DNA of 64,000 bases from Eledone cirrhosa (Eukaryota): NCBI GenBank assembly GCA_964016885.1, contig OZ024740.1, positions 213,156,001-213,220,000 on the forward strand, read 5' to 3'. A program made the translations under genes and the position numbers. Within the stretch, counting starts at the first letter, position 1. Each line of letters opens with the position of its first letter. Below the pieces are notes generated by a model. It ran no database searches. It saw nothing but the letters and a program-made list of their open reading frames with translations, and was not told the DNA's origin. This document shows, one piece after another, positions 15,262 through 27,668 of the stretch.

Positions 15262-15621
15262 AATTTACTCAGCTTTGTACAAGCAAGTATTCGTAAGTTA
15301 GGTAGTTAGTGAGCTAATGAACACAACTACAAGAATATGGTCCGAACGTGGAGAGCCAAACTCCCACTGTTATCGCCTCTATCTCTCTCGCCCTCCCCAT
15401 CTCTCCGTATGGTGAGCAAATATGATCCCACGTGCTGGCCTCCCCACAGCCCCGGCGGACAGGATGGAGAAGGCGTTTCCCCGGAGGATGGTAAGGGAAA
15501 TGCGCTGGAAGAGCCATTCCAACTCGCGAGGCTCACACCTGCGGCTGGCCAGCTCAGCGCCTATGGTGGTGAGTAGAGAGGTAGCCCTAGGGCTAAGGAC
15601 ACCAGAAGTTTCTACTGCCAA
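15262..15621 (-). mobile_element. CRE-like RLE retrotransposon 3' fragment
   Basis: AVETSGVLSPRA..RELEWLFQRISLTILRGNA is the typical C-terminus; second copy at 47265-47510. Confidence 0.7.
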
Positions 15622-16910
15622 GTATAGTTATAGCTGCACTTATCTACCAAACTAAAGAAGAATGCTCCGCTGGCTATCAAATAGGAGGTGAAATCCTATC
15701 AAATCTTAGCTATGCAGACGATCTGGCCATCATGAGTTACTCTAGAACTGATCTGCAAGACATTCTGAATGTACTGGTGAAACATTCGCAAGAGGCTGGC
15801 TTACGCATCATCATCTCCAAAACAAAGTGTATGACAACTGATGAAAACAATGTCAATCTACAACCAGCAAATTACTCAAGTTATAGAGTTTGTATATCTC
15901 AATCACAAACTCTCATCAAACAACAATGGAATGGTTGCTGCGCAATATCGCATCGCTCTAGGTTGGGCAGCTTTCAACAAGAACAAGGAAGTACTAACAT
16001 CAAAATGAGTTTCCTATCATTTTAAGGCTAAGATCTTCGATACTTACATCCTACCAGTTGTGTTATATGGTCTTGACGGTGTTAAGTGGATGACAAGATC
16101 ACTTCAGATGCTTTCTACATTCCAGAACCACATCATGAGACTTATAACTGACAAGCGGCTCAGCAACAGTATCTGTATCAGTGAGCTGCTCAACATTGCC
16201 AGACTTAGACCAATTACATCAATTGTCAAGTCGAGAGTACTCAAACTATACAGTCATATAAAAAGATCAACTCGTGGTGTGAGTAGGTTATGCCTGGAAG
16301 GATGGTGTGAGTAGGTTATGTCTGGAAGGAAGGTTGGCTGGTAAGAGAAACAGAGGCCGGCAGCGATGGCTTGATAATGTTGAATTATGGACTGGACTTG
16401 ATCTTTGCTCTTTAAACTCTGCTGCTGGTGATCGAACTTTGTGGAGAAAAATATCTCATGTTGATGCGCAGTCTGCAACTGGCAGAGTTTAGCGTTAAAG
16501 TTGTGTGTGCGTGTGTGCGTGCGTGTAAAGTGGTCGTGTAGGTGTCACGACAAAAGACACCCAGTACACACTGTAAAGTGGTCATACAGGTATCATGAAA
16601 AAACGTACCCAGTACCCACTGTAAAGTGTTAGTGTATGTGTCAAGACAAAAAGCATGCTAAACCTCTGTAAATGTGGTTAGGAAGAGCATCCAGACGTAG
16701 AAACCTAGCCGAAACCAGTTCAGCAAAACACGGTCCTCTGACCTGGATCTCTCACAGCGAGACAACATTTCCTACCCATGCTAGCGTGGAAAATGGACGT
16801 TAAAAGATGATGATGAAATGTGAACATAGTAAAGGTGAGTATCATTGTTTTCAATTTACTGGAAAATATGTCTAAATACTAAAAATGTATAAATCTATGT
16901 ACTGTATATA

Positions 16911-17182
16911 TGGAGGTGTGTGGCCTAGTGGTAAGTTTGTTGACTTCCAATCATAATGTCGTGAGTTCGATTCCTAGGTTATGTGTTGTGTTGTGTTCTT
17001 GAGCAAGATACTTCATTTCACGTTGCTCCAACATACTCAGCTATAAATGAGTAGGAGCAATAGCTGGGGGTTTAACTCAGCGATGGACTGGAGTCTTGTC
17101 CAGTGGGGAGTCTTGTACTCTGTCACTTCACGCCATGAAACCAGGATAAGCACTGAGCTGATGAACCTCTTGGCCTGAGACA
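16911..17182 (+). mobile_element. tRNA-derived SINE family B
   Basis: TGGCCTAGTGG A-box, GTTCGATTCC B-box and the shared core. Confidence 0.8.
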
Positions 17183-17544
17183 TATATATAAATGTATATG
17201 TTGACCATGGGTTACAAACACGTGACCTGCAGGTCTGTAAACTACATTTCTATGACTCGCCACAGGATAATTTGTGTGTCTAATGAAGGAAAATTTGAAA
17301 GGAAAAATTTGAAAGGAAAAATTTCACAATGTATTTGTCTCACAACATTTTGTACAAATTTACATATCCCATACCTGCATACACACACACACACGCGCGC
17401 AGACACACACACAGACATGTGTATTTATTTTATATTTTAGATTAGCATTAAGTGAACCACCTGTTTAGCTTTTGTTCTTTTTATTTTCATTTATCCTCAC
17501 ATTTATCCATTGTGTTGTATGTCTACCTCAGTAGCAGTGTGAGA

Positions 17545-17671
<127 letters not shown>

Positions 17672-17729
17672 TACCAGAATATAATAGATCCTGAACAAGT
17701 AATGCCAGTGCTTTGAAGCTTTTTGTGGG

Positions 17730-18308
17730 GAAAAGCCTTGCACTCGACCAATCCCACTCTCTGAGCATCGAAAACATTACTCAAAAAGGAGAACTGGTCA
17801 ACATCATCGGATGCTTCCGAAGCCGCAGGTATTTGTTTCAGAGTTTCTCTCTCCTAGAAAGGTGTTGTGACAATAACTGGGGGCCTTTCACTCCCAGGTG
17901 AAAAAAACAAACAAACTACTATTTGGATGGCCGTTGACTCTGCCGAGTTCCTTCGCCCTTTGCCAGGTCTTGTATTTCATCCCGTAGGATGTCCAAATAT
18001 CACCCTCCTCACCAAACAAGCTTGGTGGGGTTGCCAGTTTAGTCGCCGTTGACCAGACCATGAGACATGTTGTACTGAGTTACATGTTACCAGTAGCACT
18101 CGAGTGCAACCTACATACATATATAGATACATACATGATGGCTGCATATATACACATGCATACGTGTATATACATATTTACACATTTTTGGATGGTCGTG
18201 GGGAGTTCTTCCGCCCTTTGTCAGGTTTTGTTTTTTGTCCTACAGGGTGTCTAAACTAACCCTCCTCACCAAGTAAACTTGGTGGGGTTGCCTGTTGAGT
18301 CATCGATG
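17730..18308 (-). mobile_element. RTE-related 5'UTR fragments
   Basis: 17740-17900 is homologous to 24800-24980 (RTE 5'UTR); a ~120-bp module occurs twice (17922-18055 and 18188-18308). Confidence 0.55.
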
Positions 18309-18309
18309 G

Positions 18310-20848
18310 CCCCTTGTCCTTTCTGCTCAAGAAATGTGAAGGATATATCATTGGCTCATAGGAGGACAGAAATACGAACTTAACCCATAATTTCTTTGTG
18401 GATGACCTGAAACACTATGCCAAGAATATAGATGGGTTGAAGAAAAATCTTGACCTGGTTACAACATTCTCAAAGGATATAGAAATGGAGTTTGGCCAAG
18501 ATAAATGTTCATATATGACTGTGAAGCTGGGAAAAACTACAACCCAATCTAGCAACATTATCATCAATGGCCTAACTGTTTCACCGATATCTGATGAGGT
18601 CTGCTACAGAAACCTGGGGATAGATGAGAACATATCCTATAATGGTATCTGTAATAAGGAACGCGTGACCAGGGAATACTACACTCGAGTAAGAAAGATT
18701 TCGTCTTCGGAACTCTCTGCGCAAAACAAAACAGTGGCTCACAATGTATTTGCTGTGCCTGTCCTAACACCAACGTTTGGAATACTCAATTGGACGATAG
18801 ACGAAATCCGAGCAGTTGATGTTGGAACTCGAAAAATACTAAACAACACCGGAAACTTCCACATCAACAGTGACATAGACCGCCTTTACTTTAAACGTAA
18901 GCAGGGAGGCAGAAGCCTAACATCAGTCCAGACAACAATTGAATGTCACATCATATCTCTCCGACAACATCTACGAACCTCGAAGTGTAGGAGCCCGTCT
19001 CTCGATCAAGTCTATCTGCATGAAACAGATAAGATCATGAGAGTTGGGAAAGAACTCCTCGAGAGATATTCCCTGTTTGATAATCAAAATCTCACACCTA
19101 GGGAAGTCGCTCAGCAGTATCGCAGTGAATCCATGAATGAAAAACTGCATGCTTATCAGTAAAAAAATCATGCATTGATATGTTGCCAGGAAGCTCCAGA
19201 GTGAAAGTAATATAGATAAGGAAAGTAGTCTATCTTGGACCAACAACCGCTATATTGGCTCCCACTTTGAAGGATACGCTTTTGCAATCCAAGAACAGGA
19301 AATTAACACGAAATACCTGATTCACAAAAGAGATATGGATGCACGCAAAACACCTAGATGTGATAACAAGTGCAGACTCTGCAGAACTAACATCGAAGAT
19401 ATCATCACCCATGTCATAAGCAGCTGTCCAAAGATGTCATCGCGGTACTATCTACCTATGAGGCATGGTGTAGTGGCCAAAACACTGTACAATGCAATCC
19501 GTAAAAAAGATAGCCCCGATAATAAACACATTAAAAGCTACAGCAATGTGGAAGACATCCATGTACATAATATGAAAGAGTACTGGTGGTATGTTCCAGT
19601 AAAACCCCAATAACATGCAGGCATAAGAGACCAGATATTATGAAATTGATCAGAGAGAGAAAAGCATGCACAGTAGTGGAAATTAGCTGCCCAGCAGATG
19701 CCAATATAATATCAAAGATTAGCGAAAAGGAGAATATTATGCAGAACTGATGAGAAATCTGCAGATACTCCACCCTGATTATACCTTCAAATTTATGCCT
19801 GTGCTTATTGGGGCACTTGGGTATGCTAATAACTGCCTCAATACAAATCTTGAGAAGCTAGGTTTCACAGGAACAGAAAGAACACAACTAGTTAGGAAAT
19901 TACAAGTACAATCCATTAATGGAACAGTAAAAATATGTAAAACATTCCAAAAATGTTGCATCTAATAACTGCATATACACATGTACAGAAACAAAGCATA
20001 TACACATGCACACATACAACTCAAAACATATGTAGCGAATATTCCGGTTGTAACGGATAAGTGGATAGATGGAATTGTTGGTATGAAGGTTTCAAATCAA
20101 AGAATAATACCAGGATTGTGTTGTTACAATGTTTATTTTATCATAACAATATTCAATTTGAATATTGAATGATAAAATCTATAACATGAAATATTCGTAC
20201 AATAAGTAGGTGGGTCTTCGAGCCACTTAAATACAAGTATCACAGAATACGATTATAATATAATTTGTATTGTATCTGAAAGATACAATGTGACAAACAG
20301 AAATGGTGCATGTAAAATGCAAACGGTGTGAACTTACTATGTGTGCGTGTGTGCGTATTAGTATATTTTCTTGTTTTAGCAGTAGTAGTAATCACTCAGT
20401 CAGGCGTGTAAGGCGTGTGAGAAATAGTGGACAGACGTTTTTCATGAAGGGAGATTTGATAGACGAGGTGAAATGTCCGTTCTTGTCTGTGGTAACACTT
20501 TTTCTGCCGGGGCGTAAACAACCCCTGTATTTATAACTGTTGAAGTTAGAAGGATAGATATATCCTCTGACCTTTGGTTAGAATCTCCCAAGGGGTTGGT
20601 CTGCCGGGCGTAAACAACTAACCACGGCTTGTCCCAGAGGCGGGAAAGCTCAGATTCGGTTTCGAATCTTCGCAGCTGTTATGCATACACATCCACACAT
20701 AAAATAACATCCATATCTACTCATACATGCATACATAATCTACCTAGTTGATGTTGTGTAAATTCCAATGAGAGAGTATTGTGTCTATCTTACAAACCGA
20801 TTCTCTCTCTATTGGGAAAAATTTTGTGAAATTATAAAACCAGAAGAA
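18310..20848 (+). mobile_element. R4/Dong-like element, 5'-truncated, retaining the zinc knuckle and RLE domain
   Basis: VDDLKHY; CRLCRTNIEDIITHVISSC zinc knuckle; RHGVV, RPDI..VVEISCP RLE motifs; 3' end CCAGAAGAA followed by (CATA)n. Confidence 0.85.
20031..20683 (-). mobile_element. Probable solo LTR inserted in the R4-like 3'UTR
   Basis: The host 3'UTR is continuous in sibling copies; flanked by CATA/CATA; begins with TG; TATAAAT (~20529-20535) and AATAAA (20132-20137) on the - strand. Confidence 0.6.
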
Positions 20849-20865
20849 CATACATACATACATAT

Positions 20866-23800
20866 ATGATGGCTGCCCCCTCGTTATCGAGTATGGCCAT
20901 TGCACGAGGAGAAAGAAGAAAAAAAAAATAATAATAATAATAAATAAATAAAAAATAAATAAATAAAAATAATAAAAAAAATATATATATATACATATAC
21001 ATACACATATACACACACACACTCACACACACATATACACACACACACATACATTAATAACAATAATAATAATCATAACAATAATAATAACGACAACAAC
21101 AATAATAATATACATATACATATATATATACACACACACGCACACACATAAGCATATCTACACACACACACACACGCGATAGCAACTAACAGCGCTGCGA
21201 TCGAATGTGGCTTTTTAGCCCAGCCAATGATCTAAAATGTCTTGCACAGAGTCGGCAACCAAAACATTCACTGGGAATAGTCGGCTGTGGTTGGAGTTCG
21301 TGTACTTTTGCATGTCGCTTGAGCCCTCCTGCTGATTTACATTCTCTACCACATGTTTGGCAAGCATGATGAGTAGCATCTCCAACAGCAGCCTGGTAGT
21401 CAACCACTGGTCTCCCTTTATGACTTCGAAGATGACTTTCGAGTCCAGCTTTGCTTAGGCAGAGTCTCGCACAGACGTTGCATGTCAGCACCATAGGAGG
21501 ACCCTCGCCGTCCGGAAGTGCAACAGCAATGCCCTTCCTCACATCCCGCTTTACTTTCTCGTATGCGATTCGAGATGCCTCAAAGGCAACTTTTCCCTCA
21601 TATACAGTCTTTCTCCATTTATTACGATCAGCAGCAATATTCTCCCATGTATCAGCAGAGATGTTAGCGTCTTTCAGAGAGGCTTTCAAGGAATCCTTAT
21701 ACCTCTTTTTTGGTTTATGTGGCGGTAGTTTTCCTTTAACCAACTCTCCATAAAAGAGTTGTTTTGGTATTCTAGAATCGGAGTCGTTGCTTAAGCACAA
21801 GAGCTTCTATACTGTCACACATAGAGCTTTCCAAAATCTCGACATCACTGATGTGGTCCCTCCAGTGAACGCCATGGATCCGTCTGAGACACATCTGATG
21901 GAAACGCTCCAATTGCTTAAGGTGGTGTCGATATGTGACCCAGGTCTCGCAGGCATAAAGAAGACAAGAGAGCACACATGCCCTGTACACCTTTACCTTT
22001 GTCCTCCTGCATATATCTCACCGACCCCAGAGTCGCCTTTCTAGCTTTCCGAAAGCATCACTTGCTTTCCTAATCCTAAGTGAGATTTCACTGTCAAGGT
22101 TGCTGTATCGATTGACAGTGCTTCCCAGGTAGACAAACTGATCAACCACTCCAAGTCGTTTGCCATACACATAGATGTTTGGTTCAGTGTACTGCTTACC
22201 AGGGGCAGGTTGGTACATGACGACGATTTTCTTGAGACTGACAGTCAGACCTAGGGCAGTGCAAGCGTCAGAAAATGTATTCAAAATGTGTTGCATATCA
22301 CTCTCTGTGTGCGCTACAAGATCGCAATCATCTGCATACAAGAGGTCTCTTATGATTGATGTAAATACTTTTGTCTTCGCAGCAAAGCGCCTGATGTTAA
22401 ATATGCTGCCTGAGGTTCGATATCGGATGTAAACACCATGCTCGCAATTCCTGAATGCAATACAGAAAACCATTGCAAAGTATATGGCAAACAGGGTCGG
22501 TGCTGGAATATCCCCCTGTTTCACTCCATTTTTTACTGAGATAGGCTCCGACATGTTACCCCCGACATTAACCCAAGCCTTCATGTCGTCATGGAAAGAC
22601 CTAACTAAAGCAAGGAACTTATCAGGGCAACCAAGTTTCTGGAGAACCTTCCATAATGCATCTCTGTTAACAGTATCGAAAGCTTTTGTCAGATCGACAA
22701 AAACCTGATATAGATCCAAGCCTTGTTCCATGCACTTCTCCTGGAGCTGTCTAGCTGAGAAGATCATATCAGTAGTGCCGCGTCCAGCACGAAAACCAGA
22801 TTGACTTTCAGGAAGAACGCAATCTGCAATGTGTGTCAGCAGACGGTCCTGAAGCACCCTACATAAAACTTTCCCTACGACAGAAAGCAATGATATACCT
22901 CTGTAGTTCCCACAATCGTTCCTGTTACCCTTTCCCTTGTACAAGACCACCATTACTGCATCTCTCCAGTCCTCAGGTACGGATTCATTAGCCCATATCC
23001 TTCCAAACAAAGAGTGAAGATGTTGCAGGAGTCTCTCACCACCATATTGTAGGAGCTCAGCATGTATGCCATCCATACCTGGAGATCTTCCACTGTTCAG
23101 CTTCGAAATAGCCACTGCAACCTCCACAAGCGTCGGAGGTTCTGCGAGAGCTACTTTCACAGGACTTTCTGGAATGAGATTGAGGAAATCTTCACTGACG
23201 ACAGACGGCTGATTCAAAAGATCATCAAAGTGTTCTCGCCACCTTCGTAGAATTCCTTGTGAGTCACGAAGAAGTTCTTTGCCATCCTTGCTGCGAAGCG
23301 GTGTCACCAGAGAAGAAGACGGTCCATAAACCTCACGCAAGAGACTGTACAACAGCTTTGTGTTATTGGAATCAGACGCAGTTTGTATCTCACCAGCCTT
23401 CTCACTCCACCACTGATCCTTCATCTGAGAAAGACTCCGCCTAACATGTGATTTTACATCCCAGAGTTCCTCATGCAACGTATTCCTCTCCTGTGGTTTT
23501 GCCGTCAAGTAGCGTGACAGAGCAGGCCTCTTATCAGCCAACAAGTCCTCTATATGTACATCATTCTCATCAAACCAGTCCTGATGTTTCCTCTGCGCCA
23601 ATCCCAGAACACGCCTGCCTACATCATAAACCGACTTTTTAAGGGTCGGCCAATCCTCACCAAGATCTGCAGCCTGCATCTCTTCTTCCAATGTCCTCTT
23701 CACATTTTTATCCTTAAGACGAGCAGCATTCAATCTTTTGGGCAGGGCAACACCAGGAGCCCGGATTTTACGTTTAGTGATTAGTTTCACTTTTGCGCGT

Positions 23801-25010
23801 ACCAGGCGGTGGTCCGTCCAGCACTCAGCTCCACGAAGAACACGAACACACTGCACATCCTGTCTGTCACGCATCCTGACTAGGACGTAGTCCAAAAGAT
23901 GCCATTCCTTAGATGCAGGATGCATCCATGTGGTCTTGAATTTGTTCTTTTGTTGGAACATGGTGTTGGTAACACACAGATCCAGCTCCTCACACATCTG
24001 CAGCAGGAGCATACCATTGCTGTTACACTTTCCCACCCCATGCCTTCCGATTACATTCCATATGTTAAAATCCCTACCCACTCTAGCATTAAAGTCACCA
24101 AGCACGATGACTTTGTCTGCCTGAGGGATATTTCTTAAAACACCTTTCAAGGCATGGTAAAAGGACACCTTTTCCTCATCGACAGAACTCATAGTTGGAG
24201 TATACACACTCACCAGGGTAGCATATCTTCCTTGTCCAGCGGAACTCTCATGGACATAAGACGCTCACTAATCCCTACTGGGAATTCTTCTAATTTGTTC
24301 ACAAGCACAGTCTTAACAGCAAATCCTACCCCAGCCTCTCTTCTGGTTCCTTCATCTCTTCCTTTCCAGAAGAATGTATATTCTCCACAAAATTCCGTAA
24401 GATGACCATCTCCAGCTAGCCTCGTCTCAGATAAAGCCAGGATGTCAAGATCGTAACGTCGAAGCTCCTTTGCAACAAGAGCGGTCCTTCGTTCAGGACG
24501 CCCCAAGGAATCCCTGTCAAGCAGCGTCCGTACGTTCCAGCAGCCAAGACTAAATGCCTTGTTTGGCTCTATTACAATGGCACGATGACGAGCGGGCCAA
24601 TGATCTTTTTTGTTCCAGAACCTAAATTGCCAATTATCTCTTTTATATTGTTCTGGAACATCATTGAATTGGAAAAAAAAACAAAAAGTAATAATAATAG
24701 TAATAATAATAATAATAATAATAATAGTACACTATTAATAATTATTAATGCACTCGTGCAATGCCTGTGCGTGACGAATATTTTTAAAGTGAGGAAAGAC
24801 TGTGCACTGAGCTAATCCCACTCTCTGAGCGACAGTAGCTATAATCCGAAAAGAAGAAAAGATCAACATCATCGGTAACTACTGAGCCGCAGGTTTTATG
24901 TCGGAGTTAACCCAGTTTCCTGAGATGCCTTCTCCTAGAAGAATGCCCTGACAAGGGCTAGGAGTTCTTCACTCCCAGTGGTTTAACTGCGCGATCGGGC
25001 ATCCAGCCCG
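20866..25010 (-). mobile_element. Near full-length young RTE (BovB-like) LINE
   Basis: 5'UTR ~24600-25010; EN-RT-C2H2 coding region; 3' end ...GGCAGCCATCAT followed by a microsatellite tail. Confidence 0.9.
21186..24590 (-). pseudogene. RTE ORF: AP endonuclease, reverse transcriptase and three C2H2 zinc fingers; about 3 frameshifts
   Basis: GCWNVRT, ALSETRL, LGDFNARVG, WTDHRLV, NYRGISLL, FVDLTKAFD, GVKQGD, LYADDC, FVYLGS; fingers CNVC..HLRSH, CQTC..HAKVH, CRLC..HIRSQRC. Confidence 0.93.
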
Positions 25011-25148
25011 ATTATTTCTATGTCCCCGTGCAAAAAAAAAAAAAGAAAAAAAAAATCACTTATTGACACTTATACGTACGACACACACGCGCGCACACAG
25101 CAACACTCATACATACAGACAAACACACACACGCTACTCTACTCACTT

Positions 25149-25194
<46 letters not shown>

Positions 25195-25309
25195 TACCGT
25201 CATTACTGATACAAGATTACAAGATTATGTCAACTGTTGACTTTCAAGAGTTTGTATAGTTGAAGCCGATCGTATTACAGTCCAATATTATTATAATTGC
25301 TTTACAGCA

Positions 25310-25400
25310 TAGAGTCACGGCCCTCCACGCTCTGAGCTCAAATCCCGCTGAGGTCAACCTTGCCTTTCATCCCCACGGAGTCAACAAAAGAGAGTACCAG
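25310..25400 (+). mobile_element. Truncated SINE family A
   Basis: GAGCTCAAATCCCGCTGAGGTCAACCTTGCCTTTCATCCCC matches the family A core in the opposite orientation. Confidence 0.7.
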
Positions 25401-26468
25401 TGATGCGCTGAGACAGTCGCTGGATCCGTGCCAAAAGCAGAAAAATTATTATTAAAGTTGTTTTCTTAAGGCCCGGTCGCTGGTGATGGTGATGGCGGCG
25501 GCGGTAGTAGTGGTGGTGGTGGCAGTTGATGTTGTTGTTGTGTTGTGTGCGTGTGTGTGTGTTTTGTTATTTTGAGTTTTTGGGGGTTTTTTCTCCTTTT
25601 TTTTCCCTTCCCTTTCTTTTTTTTTTAATCTTTTGATGCCGCTGTTGTTGTTGTTGTTGTTGTAAATGTTCATTTCAATTCATTCTGAAGCTGTTGTTGC
25701 TGTAAACATTAGTGCCGGTGTTGTTGGTTGTTGTTGTAGATGTTGGGGTTGAAATCTGGTCGTTTGACTGAGTGATGTATATACACACATATACATATAT
25801 ATATATATAATCCATTCATTTCATTTATTGATTTATTGATAATTTATCTGAGTGTCCCGAATCTTCCATATCGAACTTATCGGTTATTTGGTTGATTGTA
25901 GACATATTCTACGTGTGACGGTATTTAACGATAGTTATAGCTCTAATTTATTTGAATTATAGAGCCCTCTGCCGCTCATCTCGAATTTTGTTTATCGTTA
26001 ACTTGTGCGCCGATTTTTCGATACTCGATTATTCTACTATAATCACATTCAACAGAGAGTAGAGAGTTTGACAACAGGTCGATGACTTTAGTCTAGATAG
26101 GGTAATGACATGTGATGGTGGGGAGAGAGTGTAGAAGTTATTGTGGTGGTGGGGGACAGTGAGATGTATCTAGTTCATTTGACCGTTTTCTTCTCTTTGC
26201 AAAATTTGAATTTTAACCATGTTATATTGAGATGTAAGTAAATGTAAAATGTAAAATATAAATAAGGATTGCTCTGCTAAAATATACAAAAATATTTGTG
26301 TAACTTCAACAAAATTCTGTCGTGACATTCCCGAGTCCAGTGACCAACAAATTGTTGTATTTTGATGTTTCAGAATAGAAAATTAATTAAAAACTTACCT
26401 CACGAAAAGACAGCGTGTGTTGTCCTATCTATAAGCTCCCTCACATACATATATACATACATACATAC

Positions 26469-26870
26469 ATGGTGGCTGCCAACTCGTTTTCGAGTACGGC
26501 CACTACTTTATATCCATGTGGGAGAACCCTTACCGATGCACTGAACGAGTGTGACTTTTTAGTCCAGCCAGCGACTTGAAAACTCTGGTACAAACACTAC
26601 ACTTGTGACAATTATTGACACATAGTGCTGGGCCCATGGTACCATGTGACGACAAGTGCAGAGAGATCTCCAGATATAAAGCAATGCCTATGACGTGAAG
26701 CTTTTATAGTGAGCAAAGGCACTGCACAAAGCCAGTCCCACTCTCTTAACCAAGATGATATTTACCAAAAAGAAGAACAAGTCAACATCATTGGATACCA
26801 TCAGGGTTGCAGGTGTTATATCAGAGTTTTCCTTCTCCTAGAATTCTGCCTTGACAAAGGCTAAGGGGTC
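26469..26870 (-). mobile_element. Non-autonomous RTE derivative (5'UTR fused to the 3' terminus)
   Basis: 26715-26870 resembles the RTE 5'UTR at 24800-24965; 26469-26510 resembles the RTE 3' end at 20866-20905; (CATA)n on both sides. Confidence 0.65.
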
Positions 26871-26954
26871 ATACATACATACATACATACATACATACAT
26901 ACATACATACATACATACATACATACATACATACATACATACATACATACATAC

Positions 26955-27388
26955 AAGGCATGCACAGTAGTGGAAGTCAGTTGCCCAGAAGACGTTAATA
27001 TAATACTAAAGATCAGTGAAAAGGAGAATATTTATGCTGATCTAAAGAGGAATCTGCAGATACTCCACCCCGACCAAAACTTTTAGATTTATTCGAGTGA
27101 TCATTGGGTCTCTGGGATATGTTACTGAACCAGAATGAGTATGGCTAACTGGGAAGTTGCAAGTACCGTCCATTAATGGAACAGTAAAAATATGTAAAAT
27201 ATTCTAAAAATTCAGTATGTAATAACTGCATATACACACACATAGATTCAGAAACATGCATGTATACAACTCAAAACATACAGATCCACACATGCAATAG
27301 CATCCGTATGTGCATATATATACACACGCATTTACCTAGTTGATATCTAAATTCCAATGAAAGAGTCTTGTTGCTCTGTTAGAAACCG

Positions 27389-27420
<32 letters not shown>

Positions 27421-27668
27421 TCTCTCTCTGTTGGGGAAAAGTTTATAAAATAATTGTTTCAACTTTTGGCACAAGGCCAGCAATCACCCAGTGCATTACT
27501 GGTACTTTATTTTATTGACCCCCGTAAAGATGAATGGCAAAGTTAACCTCGGCGGGATTTGAACTCAGAATGGAAAGGGGCGTAACTCTATGCGTCAAAG
27601 TATGGCTTCCGACCCTCTACTGATACTGCCAATCCACCGCCCTTTTATAAAATAATAAAACCAGAAGA
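26955..27668 (+). mobile_element. R4-like 3' fragment in (CATA)n, interrupted by a SINE
   Basis: Homologous to 19660-20848; ends CCAGAAGAG followed by CATATATA. Confidence 0.8.
27455..27643 (-). mobile_element. SINE family A with a 13-bp TSD
   Basis: TTTATAAAATAAT at 27442-27454 and 27644-27656. Confidence 0.85.

Larger units (their letters stand above)
9966..16495 (+). mobile_element. Decayed RTE-clade LINE (APE endonuclease + RT) split by a 4-kb nested insertion at 11611-15621
   Basis: EN motifs IQCYFPTS..LMGDFNCKIG and NQIDFI; RT motifs KSPGLDNI, NYRPISLL, FIDFTKAFD; reading resumes after the insert with NLSYADDLA (~15705-15730); C-terminal GKRNRGRQRWLD. Confidence 0.9.

Noticed and set aside
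21186-21800. Host C2H2 zinc-finger gene
   Set aside because: Continuous with RTE C-terminal motifs (RIPKQLFYGEL..PKKRYKD) and lacks TGEKP linkers; part of the LINE.
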